Shown: positions 44,343-55,035 of the stretch, piece by piece
Layout of the letters: each line of letters starts with the position of its first letter
Position numbering within the stretch: position 1 is the stretch's first letter
Source: Schmidtea polychroa
Lineage: Eukaryota
DNA length: 64,000 nucleotides
NCBI GenBank assembly: GCA_044892525.1
Contig: CM097885.1
Location: 46,066,001-46,130,000, forward strand
Direction of reading: 5' to 3'
Made by a program: the position numbers and the translations under genes
The notes under the pieces: generated by a model
Seen by the model: the letters and a program-made list of their open reading frames with translations, nothing else
Told to the model about the DNA's origin: nothing
Database searches by the model: none

Positions 44343-45650
44343 GATTGGTGTTCTAGGTTCGTCTGTTTCTTTTAAATTGTCTAACGATGTGACTAAACTT
44401 TGGGCTGATAATTCCTCGGTTGACGTTGCTAAACTATTAGTGATATCGGACAGACTTTCTCTACTTCGAGATCGACTAGGGGTATATCCGAGATTTTCTT
44501 GGTCAAATATGGGTACTTGATTGGTTCTTCTGGATCCTTGTGATATTCCTCTTTGATGTTTAATGGATCGTCCTCTTTTGAGTTGTTGTAATTCGTCTCC
44601 TGAAAATAATACGTCTCCTGGCTTACTAGAAGATCTAAGATTGGGTTTATCCGTGATTCCTTTCTTACGCTTCTTGGTAATTAGCGGCTATTGAATTGGA
44701 CGCGTTCGGTTCTGATTGTGTTTCCTTCGATAAATATTCTGTATGAATCTGCTACTGAGATCCTGAGGAGATTTACTAATCCTTGGCAGATGGCTGCTAG
44801 TATTTCTTCCGTTCTGGAGTCTTCCGGTTGCTGTGTCTCTCGGTGCGGGTTCTGAATGGATTTATCCTTGGTTGATTGTCGATTTCTTCGAATTCCTTTT
44901 GTGCAGGTTCTGGATTGTCTTGGTTGGCTGGATTGGCTTGATATCTAAAATGAAAAAATGATCTCGTGTTGCATTTGCTTACACGACTTCATCATTCTTT
45001 CTACAACATTCAAAAACAGACGCCTTTTAGGTTTCTGTTTGTGCTTCCCCTATCTTTTTGTGAAATCCTTTCTGCGGGTTATAATATCCCATCAGCCCGT
45101 ATTTTCCGTCGATTTTAAATTATCTATATGGGGTAGTAACAATTATCTATAAAGTCGTAATAATTATCTATTCGTTATCAATTATAGTAAAAATAGGTCG
45201 TTGTCAGTCTCTGCTTATTACCCCCCTTCGTTTTCTTATTCCTTTGCGCTGTTGTCGCTGTTTTACTTTTCGTATTTACTATTATCCCACTCGGTTCTAC
45301 TCTGGAACCGGTAAAAATACATTTTCCCGGTTTACAAAAAAAAAATTCCGTAGAGTTTCTCTACTTCACTGGGATCCCTTTAATTAGTTAGTTACTTTCC
45401 TCTTTACCCATTATCATCATTTCATCTATTCTTTATTTTCTATTATCTCTTTAATTCGTTTCCTTCTTCCCTTTCCTTTTTCATTATAATCTTATTTTCT
45501 TTTCCACGAGCTCGTTTATTTCCTCTCTAAACTCGAATTTTCAAAATTACATTCAATTTGTTCTAGCTAGCTTTAATATTCCGTATCACTAGTAATTTTA
45601 AATATTATCTCATTGTAGCTTAACTGCTATCTCTCGCTTTTCTAGGCCTT

Positions 45651-46279
45651 TACGACTGGCTGGCACTATTCAACAGCTCAATCTTCTTCCTTCTGATCGG
45701 TTAGACTATTCAACAACTCGATCTTACGACTGGCTGGCACTATTCAACAGCTCAATCTTCCTCCTTCCTGATCGGTTGGACTTTTCACAACTCGACCTTA
45801 CGACTGGCTGGCACTATTCAACAGCTCAATCTTCCTCCTTCCTGATCGGTTGGACTTTTCACAACCCGACCTTACGACTGGCTGGCACTATTCAACAGCT
45901 CAATCTTCTTCCTTCTGATCGGTTGGACTATTCAACAACTCGATCTTACGACTGGCTGGCACTATTCAACAGCTCAATCTTCCTCCTTCCTGATCGGTTG
46001 GACTTTTCACAACTCGACCTTACGACTGGCTGGCACTATTCAACAGCTCAATCTTCTTCCTTCTGATCGGTTGGACTATTCAACAACTCGATCTTACGAC
46101 TGGCTGGCACTATTCAACAGCTCAATCTTCTTCCTTCTGATCGGTTGGACTATTCAACAACTCGATCTTACGACTGGCTGGCACTATTCAACAGCTCAAT
46201 CTTCCTCCTTCCTGATCGGTTGGACTTTTCACAACTCGACCTTACGACTGGCTGGCACTATTCAACAGCTCAATCTTCT
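45651..46279. repeat. Tandem array, 8.5 x 74 bp, two unit variants
   Basis: TACGACTGGCTGGC recurs at 45651, 45725, 45799, 45873, 45947, 46021, 46095, 46169 and 46243. Confidence 0.95.
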
Positions 46280-46853
46280 ATATTCCTCGCTCTGCATGCT
46301 TCTATTTCTCTTTTCTTCTTTTACTCTAGTTTACCATTTTCTCTGTCTACTTTTAATTTGTCGACTTAATCTTTACCGCTTGGGAGTGTTTCCCCTTTCC
46401 CCCCTTGCTTAAAACGCACGACGATCGCGATGATCCATTTCTACCTTGGCATGGTGATCAGTCATGTCGCAAAAACTTCTCATCATATGCGATGGTACCC
46501 CGCCCTACGCTTCTTACTTGGGTTGATCAGTTATCCCCTCCCAACGGGTTCTTGCAATAAGACGTACCGCCCGAAGGTGGCTCGGTTTGTACCCCTGCAG
46601 TCTATATTGGGACTAATTCCACGTTATTCAACCCTCTCTTCATTTGATTCCGAAGAAAAAGAATAAAACAAAACAAACACGCAAATATTCATTCGTCATG
46701 CAAATTTTATTAGTCCTAATCATCAAAACTTTTTAAAGACGAATTTATTTATCATAAACATAAAGATTGAATCATTAACAGTACGTGTTACTTCAACAAT
46801 TTCATGCATTCTTGTTCAAACATCGTATACTTGCTGTTACATCGCCGGCCGTT

Positions 46854-47339
46854 TCATTCGCCATAATAGACCATATGGGTCTCTTTTATTTCATATTTGC
46901 ACATCGTGCATCTTTTTAGGTCTTTTACACACTCTTCACAGTGACTGAGGTGTCCACACGGTAAGAATAATACGCGAATAGGACGGAGTTTGCAGGCTAT
47001 ACAAGTTCGTAATTGGTTAACTTTTTCCTGTATTTTTTGTTCGATTGCATCTGGTATTGTATTTAGTGAGTCTTTTAGACGCTGATAATCTAGATTTAAT
47101 GTTGGGTGGTTCAATCTCTCTTGATACCACTGATATACGGTTTCGGGGTTTATTTTTCCATCTGGGCGACTTAGGCCTGTGGCTAATATCATATGATTAG
47201 GTACGACTGGTGTTTGTCCGATTGCTTGTAGTAATATCGCGTTGATTTTTTCTCTTTTATGCGTCAGTGTTGTTAGGGAGTCGTTTTCTATATCGATAAA
47301 CTTGAGCAGTTGTTGCATTTGGTTCGCGAATTCTGTCAT
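46854..47339 (-). CDS. C-terminal RING protein of the IAP/MDM2-like type (161 aa)
   Basis: CIACKLRPIRVLFLPCGHLSHCEECVKDLKRCTMCKYEIKETHMVY at the extreme C-terminus. No BIR domain seen. Confidence 0.85.
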   Translation of the reverse strand: MTEFANQMQQLLKFIDIENDSLTTLTHKREKINAILLQAIGQTPVVPNHMILATGLSRPDGKINPETVYQWYQERLNHPTLNLDYQRLKDSLNTIPDAIEQKIQEKVNQLRTCIACKLRPIRVLFLPCGHLSHCEECVKDLKRCTMCKYEIKETHMVYYGE

Positions 47340-47658
47340 AGCTGTTGGAAAAGTAATGTTTTAATAATATGTAGTAAATTAATAGTTAATTCGTTAATTG
47401 GTTTCTTTAACCATTGTTAATTATTTAATTTGACTACTTTATCTCCTTTATTTATATATATCCTTAATTTTTCTATTATCTACATTTTGATTTTCTCTAC
47501 TTAGTTCCTAATATAATTTAATAATCAATAGTCACCTTGCATTCGTCAAGCAATGGTCGATTGAAAATAGAAAATCGATGTGATAAATCCCTTTAATTTT
47601 GTATGAAAATCCCGGTGAATTTCGCATTCGTTAATAGAAATTTCGATCGACTGTAGAT

Positions 47659-47676
47659 ATCCCGGCTGAGCCCCCA
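47659..47676 (-). promoter_or_regulatory. Primer-binding site, tRNA-Pro type
   Basis: Minus strand reads TGGGGGCTCAGCCGGGAT, 16/18 to the MLV tRNA-Pro PBS TGGGGGCTCGTCCGGGAT; 7 nt from the LTR end. Confidence 0.85.
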
Positions 47677-48217
47677 AAAATCATGTTGGGGTTACACCTC
47701 GGCTGACCACTCTACCATGTTGACGGGTCTAAGGGTTGATTGTCCATCTCGAATAAAAGGTGCCACCGATTTGTCAACCTGGAGTGAAACCCCACATAAC
47801 TTTCTTCCAACATAGTGCCCGTGAATCACTTCACGTTGGTACTGCACTATGCAGGCGAGACGCCAGCAAGCAGGTGAGCTTCTGCCTTAAAACTACTCCT
47901 TGCTGAGGCCTCGACTTCCCATTCACGACTGCCGATAGAAGGGCTTACGTCCATTTCCTTACACAACCGCTTATCGGGATTCGCTGAATGCAAATTGGGA
48001 ATTTCTCACTAGATCTTGCGGGTTCTCTACTCGACCCACTTAATTAAAGTCTAATTATTCATGAACGAAGACGTGTAAGACAACAAGATTTATTAATTTC
48101 AATGTTATGACACAAGGATTCAGCTGTACCCTTTACTAACGTTTGTCGAAAGAAGAGAAAACATCATAATCAACATAGATCGGATCCTTGTTCCTCATCC
48201 TGACCGCCACTGGGATT

Positions 48218-49006
48218 TTATTGTTTCTCCCATTCAGTGTCGGCGAATAATTCGTCGAGGTTAAAAAACTCGGAAGCGTTCTCTTCCCACATTACGCCAG
48301 CGGCTGATATGATTCGTGCCGAGGGTCCCGTTGTTAGGTCGATGGACACGTGAGAGTTGCCACCGCTGGTTGAATCCTCTATGGATGGGATGTTTGGCTT
48401 TGTAGTGGCGCGCTCGCGCTGTCTCTTCTTGCGCTCTGCACGAGAGAGTTGTTTGCGCTTGGGTTTGCTTGAAGAGGCCACTTGCAGAAGGGTGACTGAT
48501 ACGGATGGACTAGCAGTGGGGGGCTTACTGGTACCCGTGATGACAACATCTGGTCGCTTGGGGGACAATTCGGTTTCGACGCAGTCTCGGCACGGTCTCT
48601 TGAACGGTGGAGTTGGATTCGAGGAAAGGTTGTGATGAGGCGGAAAGATGTCATCGGCCTCTCGGATGGGAATCTGCACGATTTTTCGGGTTGTAGCCGC
48701 CTGCACGTAAACCTTATGCAGTGCCTCGGATTGTTCTCTGATTAGACTTCTTTGGGCACGGCTCTCAGATATTAGCGCGTCCCGGCAATGCTCGCTACGA
48801 TCGAGCTTCTTTTGGATCTCTTTCATCCGAGCGGGACTAAACCATGTCCCTTCCAGCTCGTCTATCTTCCTCTTGTAACGTCCAATCTGAGTTTGTAGGT
48901 CCTTTATCACCGTATTTTTATCCGCGCACGAGAAGCACGGCCGTAATGCTGATTTAGTGGTTGGTAGCATGCTTGCTATAAATAATACTAATGAAATGGA
49001 GAACAT
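48218..49006 (-). CDS. LTR-encoded 262-aa protein (5' LTR copy)
   Basis: Identical to 22119-22907 except one C/R change. Confidence 0.65.
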   Translation of the reverse strand: MFSISLVLFIASMLPTTKSALRPCFSCADKNTVIKDLQTQIGRYKRKIDELEGTWFSPARMKEIQKKLDRSEHCRDALISESRAQRSLIREQSEALHKVYVQAATTRKIVQIPIREADDIFPPHHNLSSNPTPPFKRPCRDCVETELSPKRPDVVITGTSKPPTASPSVSVTLLQVASSSKPKRKQLSRAERKKRQRERATTKPNIPSIEDSTSGGNSHVSIDLTTGPSARIISAAGVMWEENASEFFNLDELFADTEWEKQ

Positions 49007-51169
49007 ACGATTTTAGAATAAATTAGATACGACCCGCGTCCATTCGTGGATACTTGACCGTCGAAAAGAAGGAAAACTTATTCTACAATCCGGTTTTACT
49101 ACGGATCTTAGTTGTTAAAACAGTTTATTTAACCAAATGCCATCGGTTTGACGCATGTTATTAACTTTGACTATCTATTGATCTAACTGTATGCATGAGG
49201 GACGTAATAATTGATAGGGTGTAAATATAATATTGGTGAAACAATATAATAATGCTTTAGTAGAGGGACATTATAGTATGCGACCAAACCTTGCTATATG
49301 TTATCTATTTTAATTTATTAAAAACAAATTACTATCGCTCTCAACATATTTTTGATTCGAAATTGGTTATTGGAAGTGCACTTTTAATTCGGTAGTGAAT
49401 GTGATTATCCATGTTGTCTACCATCGGTCTGAAAATATGTGATGAGTTTACATCAGCCATTACTTTAACACCCTCATGGAAAATCCCATCGGTCATAACA
49501 TATCCAAATTTACGGATACTGCTGTCGACTGGTTGATTACATTATCGACCTATTGTGAATGGCACGTGTCGCGACTATCATGTATGCTAGTCTGATATTC
49601 TGTGCTCTCACCACATGGATTCGTGTATGGCTACTATCTTATCTCACTCACTTGGTGTATGCCATTTTCACGGTGATTTCATCGATCCTGCTGTCATATG
49701 ATTTTTTCTACACAGTGATTTATTTGAATTATGATTTACGCTACAGTCAGTTCTCATCGCGGAATTTTGCCCTTATCAACTTGTGTGAATGATCACCATC
49801 GTTTGGAAATTTATTGGATCTTTTCAGTGATCGTCGAGGGAATAATTCTACCAAATACTGAAGCTTATTACTACTCTCGTCATTCTACTCGGATTTTCCT
49901 ATTCAGATGTAATGCCGTCTCAATGAAACCTGCCCTTAGCCATTCGAAATTTTCTCTCAGGTTAAATAATTTGGATATATACAGTGATGCCCTGGCTCTT
50001 ATTGTAGAAATAAATGTTATTAATTAAATTTGATGATATTTTACCTGTTTATAATTTTTGAAATAACTAAGTCTATAAAAACTTTCTGATTATAATATTA
50101 GAGAGGTTTTCGTAGAATCTCGCATTTTTCAGTTTCGAGTTAGTTAAAGTTTTTAGGATACTTTCGTAACCTGACATACAATCTGGACAGGCTAGATGAC
50201 ATTGGGTCTATGATAACGGAATTTCATACGAAATTAGTTCTACTGAGTCCGGCAAATAGACGTTGTCGCAATTAACTTGATGAAACCATGTTTCCAGATG
50301 AAGCGTACTATGAGATGTCGTTATTTTTGACGAAGTTCACTAAATCGTTGTCTGGATCTCATTTTTCAATAGGGGTAAGATTTACGAAAACGACTTGACG
50401 AAAGAAAAAGGAATGCGACGCCCTCAGTCACTGTGTAAATCCTTGAAAATCCCTTCATTCGTACGACTATCTCTGTGAAAATCATTGTCTGCCAGCGATT
50501 CTTTTAACCATGACCCCTTGTGATCATTTAGTCGCATCTTCAGCGATAGGACCCGTGAAGAAGCCTTCACATTTCGGCCCAATCTAGCTGCGTGATTGAA
50601 ATACTCCATGTCCACCGGCTGAGCTCCCGAAGGCACCTCATACCATGACATGGAGTATCTCAACTCCACGTTACTCGTTAAATGAAAATTCATAAAATCT
50701 TTAATTCAAATAAAATACGGACATCTGGATAAAAATATTTTATTAATTCTGAAATACTTAAATAATACAAATTACATCAATACGTTAAAGTTATTAAAAT
50801 GAAGAATCAAATGAAGAGAGTTAACCAAAATGTTTAATCGTTAATATTTACCATTACTATTAGCTTTACAAATACTTAAATAAATCTATAAACAAATGAA
50901 ATACCCCTTACTATTGTTTAGGCTGAGTCAAAATTCAATATTGTTCGTTCCAAATAGTTTGAATGGTGGTCCGTTGGATGTCGATTATTGTGACGAATGG
51001 TATTTCGGTCTCTGAACTGGTTTTGAATAGTTGTGGAGTTTTCTGAATGACGGTTGCTTGGCTAGTAGTGTCGATCCTATGAAATGCTCGGGGTTAACAG
51101 TAACAGTAAACATTTTTCTTACCTATGAAATGCTCGGGGTTAACAGTAAATTTAATGTTTTTGGTAGTT

Positions 51170-51204
51170 GTATATATATCAAATTCTTATTTGTGCGGAC
51201 CAAT
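51170..51204 (-). promoter_or_regulatory. Candidate LTR promoter: CCAAT box and TATA-like box (copy at 25071-25105)
   Basis: GACCAATCAG (NF-Y-like) followed on the minus strand by ATATATATAC, downstream of an A-rich U3. Confidence 0.5.
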
Positions 51205-52095
51205 CAGAGTTGAGTACCGCTTATTTCTATTAATTTAATATAATTTTCTTGTTTTTAGGTTGTTTTTTCCTTATTTTCTTTATTTTTAATATGTTTTTCT
51301 ATTTATTTCCTTAATTTCCTTATTATTTCTTGAATTCCTCTTTATTTATTTGTCAACTTGTTCTATTTTAATCTTTTCTTAATTTTATTTTTTGTTTTAA
51401 TTCTTATGTCTTACTTATTATTTTCCTTATATCTTATTCTATTTTATTTCTGATTTTATTTATTTTATTATTATTTTTCTTAATGTTCTACTTCCCTACT
51501 TTCCTATTTTTCAACGATTAAATTTTCGACTCAGCCCAACACTTATTAAATTTAAAGAACAAAAGTGTTTAAATTAATAAAAATTAATATAACTCAAATT
51601 ATTTAAATTATAAAATTTATAAAATTAAAATTAATAAAAAATTAAATAATTAATTAATTAAATTAATGAAATTAAAAATAAATAAATAATTGCACACACT
51701 CATGCATGTATACAAAATTAATTCAAAATTTCTCGCACTCTAATTGGATAGAGTGGCAGAGAATGAATGAATGCGCATTCAAAATCAGTATAAATACTGA
51801 TTACAAATTCATTTGAAGAGCTAGTTTTCCAACACCACAACTGGTCATTTCGGATAGTGTAACCATTACATTGATGGTAAACACTTGCTCTCAGTTTTTC
51901 TCGATTTTATGCCATCGTGGATTGGGTTGGGTAATTTTAATTTTTTTTATATGAAATTTTTGTGTAATGTTTTAAGCTAAATAAATTTTATATTCAATTT
52001 AGTTCAATTGTTTAATTGTTTAATTTTCATTTAATTTTTAAGTTTTGGATAATAATTTTTATTGGGTTCAATTGTTATGCTTATTGATTATGAAC

Positions 52096-52245
52096 GATAG
52101 TACCATGGAATTGAGATCCAGCATATCATGGTTTGGGGTACCTTCGGGATGCTCAGACTGGTGGGTATGCTGGCTTTTCAATCGCGCAGCTGATTTCGGG
52201 CCGAAATGTGGAGGCTACTCCACGGGTCCGTCGCTGGAAGTACTT
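52096..52245 (+). pseudogene. Diverged homolog of the giant LTR's small ORF region
   Basis: ELRSSISWFGVPSG versus ELRYSMSWYEVPSG; shared GGGCCGAAATGTG..CACGGGTCC; several indels. Confidence 0.75.
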
Positions 52246-52439
52246 TGGTCAAACATAGATTAGGACTAAGAATACAGGCAGATCCATGCTCAAATTTGTT
52301 GAAGAACAATTTAAATATTATGGGAAGCGTGGATTAACTTGGAAATAAGGGCCGATCCCTGCTCAAATTTTTTGCGAGATAGGTTAAATATTCATAAATA
52401 TTCAGATGATAGAATAGCCTTTTTTGAAGAAACTCGTCA

Positions 52440-54450
52440 AATTAAGTATGGCATTGACTTACCTTCCAACATTTTATACCCCTCTTGATGGTTTGAACTG
52501 CTCGTTCGGCTCTGCCATTTGCCATTTGGAAGTATGCGGGGATTCCATTTTACGGGTTCCTTGGTCCTCTAACCGAGACTTTTATAATTTTTTTTAAATT
52601 GTGCTTCAAATTGACTGCATTTGGACCATCTTCCACTTATTACTCGTTGCATAATTCCTTTCAACCGTTTATCAATCTCAAGTTCATCTAAAACACTACA
52701 AAATGTGATGTAGTAAATTTGTGGCGCATTCATCGTGTCGAAATCAACAGTTTTCTTGCCTGCATCTTTGAATTTAAGTCTTGACATGGTGTGGAATCTG
52801 TGCTCCCGGAATATATATTATATCATAGTCGTATTTCATCAGTTGTATTGCCCATTTTGTTACCCGGGCTGAAACTTGTTCTGGATTGGCCTGTCACTTC
52901 CGAATAAATATTTCAACGGACAATGATCAGTCTGAATTAGGAATTTTCTTCCTAGAAGGAAATGACTCAACCTGGTTACAGACCATACAACCGCTAAGGC
53001 TTCTCTTTCTATGTTTGAATAATTACGTTCTACTTGGGTCAGAGTTCGAGAAACATAAATAACTGGGTAACCTTCTTGAACTACTCAGACGACGTTCAAG
53101 GATGCGTCTGTCGTCAGAGTCACTTCTTTTTCATGGGAGTACGGTTTCACTACCGGATGATAGGATAATTGCATCTTTAGTTGGTCGAAACTTTCCTGAC
53201 AATTCTCAGTCCAAACAAAAATACTATCTTTCTCTGGTTGTTCAAAGATGCAATTTTGTCCAAGTATTTGGGAATGAGTCTACCAAAATAATTTGTTAGT
53301 CCGATAATGCTTTCTACTTCTGTCCTATTCGTAGGAACAATGATGTCTTGTAATTTTCTTACTAACTTATTATTCGACTGAATACTCCGACTAGATATAT
53401 TAAACCCTAAAACGTAATTTCATTGACGTACGCAATTTACTTTTCTTTGTTTACAGTGATTTTCTTTTCTTTTGGGCGTTATTTGACTGCGTCTAACCGC
53501 TTTTTAACGAGACATCATTCTCTCCAAAAATCAGGACGTCATCTTGGTATATAAGGATACCTTTTATATCTGATAAAATTTCCTCCATGGTTCTTTGAAA
53601 TATCGCCGAAGCATTTTTCATGCCCATCTGCAGGCGATTTACACAGTATAAACCTTTTGGTGTATTAATAATTGATAGTTGTTGTGCCTCCTTATCAAGC
53701 TCGATTTACCAATAGGCCGATTTTAGGTCTACTTTGGCAAAACGTTTTGCATTTTTGATGCGTGCGAATATAGTTTCTATCTTGGGTAGAGGATATGATT
53801 CCGTCTTGATTTTCTAGTTTATATGAACTTTGAAATACACACACATCCTTAAATCTCCATTCTCTTTTTTATTCATACTACGGGAGAATAATTCATTACT
53901 GGATCTTTGTGAGATGACTCCCATTTCCTCAAGACGTGATAATTCCTCGTTGATTCTTGTTTCCATTGCCAACGCTAAGGTTCTTGCCTTACAGAATACA
54001 TTCCTGGCCCCTTTTATTGGTATCATTGTGGCTTCAATTCCTTTGATTGTAGGAAGAAATGTACTCTTCATCATGACATTGTGATCACAGATTTCTGCAT
54101 CTAAAATATCTCTGCCTAAAAGACCATATGTTATATCTGATTCAATAACCGTTAATGTTATGACCTGACGTTTGATTTTAGTTTCTACATCAGCAAGAAA
54201 TTGACATCGGCACATCATCGTATGACCATCGTATGCTGACAATCTAACTTGCGAATGGGTTAAATGAGGTTTTCTTATATTCTCCCACATCCTGGACGAT
54301 ATTATGGACACATCTGCACCCCTGTCAACCTGCATAAGCACCTCGTGCGAGTTTATTTGTTAATTTACTAGCTCCTTCCTACACGAATTAATTGCGATGA
54401 TTGTTTCAATATCTGAGTTTGTTTTCTTGGTCCATAACTTGAAAAGTCGG
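52440..54450 (-). pseudogene. pol: Decayed Ty3/gypsy pol (PR-RT-RH-IN start)
   Basis: QVDRGADVSII, LIYQDDVL (~53545), TLTTDAS, YSNIEREALAV; many stops and frameshifts. Confidence 0.85.
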
Positions 54451-55035
54451 TTTATTTGATCTACTGTAATTGTTCATTTTATGTCGTGAGATGTTTGATA
54501 AACTATATGTGATTTATTATTTAAATAAGGTCCGATTAATATTTAAATATTTTTGTAAGGAGACCATTTTCTTCGGCCTTAAGAAGATAAAAATATCGTA
54601 ATTTACTCAATCTATTTTTAACTTTAATATGATTGCTTCTTAAGGAAACAGTCTTTTCAATTTGATTAATTATTTTTGCTTTTTTGGGATAACTTTACAC
54701 AAATTTACGAGTTATCCTAAATTTTCTATATTTAATGCGATTAATACGTGGAACTTCATCGAAAAAATATAGAAGAAATAGAATCGTTAGTTTCTTATGT
54801 TTAAGTATTTCGTAATTCTACATGGCCGGTATTATAAAAAACTGATTGTACCAATTATTGAAGAGTATCAGAACATGCGTGCTGTAAGTCTCTGATGTAC
54901 ACATAATTACTTTAGAAGTAGCATATAATCATGTTTTTTTGCATAATTTAACTGCATCCATTTTTTCCAATTGAAATTCTTTTTATTTATTATTTTATTT
55001 CCAATTACCTTACTTTATTATTTTTTATTTTTTAG

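Larger units (their letters stand above)
21585..51541 (-). mobile_element. Giant (29,957 bp) env-bearing Ty3/gypsy LTR retrotransposon with accessory genes
   Basis: Two 3858-bp LTRs (offset 26099) with TGTTGGG...CCCAACA termini, CTTA on both flanks, a PBS, gag, and PR-RT-RH-IN domain order. Confidence 0.97.
47684..51541 (-). repeat. 5' LTR (3858 bp)
   Basis: Direct repeat of 21585-25442; adjacent to the PBS. Confidence 0.97.

Noticed and set aside
30547-44520. Many short plus-strand F/S/L-rich ORFs
   Set aside because: Antisense shadows of the A-rich minus-strand frames.
45651-46242. ABBABAAB variant order matches the Thue-Morse sequence
   Set aside because: With eight binary units this is readily produced by chance unequal exchange; no biological meaning claimed.
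45651-46279. CRISPR-like array
   Set aside because: No unique spacers; the units are contiguous tandem repeats in a eukaryotic retroelement with no cas genes.
25667-47339. Polinton/Maverick or DNA-virus insertion
   Set aside because: No protein-primed polymerase, packaging ATPase, capsid or long TIRs; RT/RH/IN and LTRs are present.
47684-51541. 3.9-kb duplication as a segmental duplication or assembly artefact
   Set aside because: TG...CA inverted termini, CTTA TSD, adjacent PBS and at least one SNP identify true LTRs.
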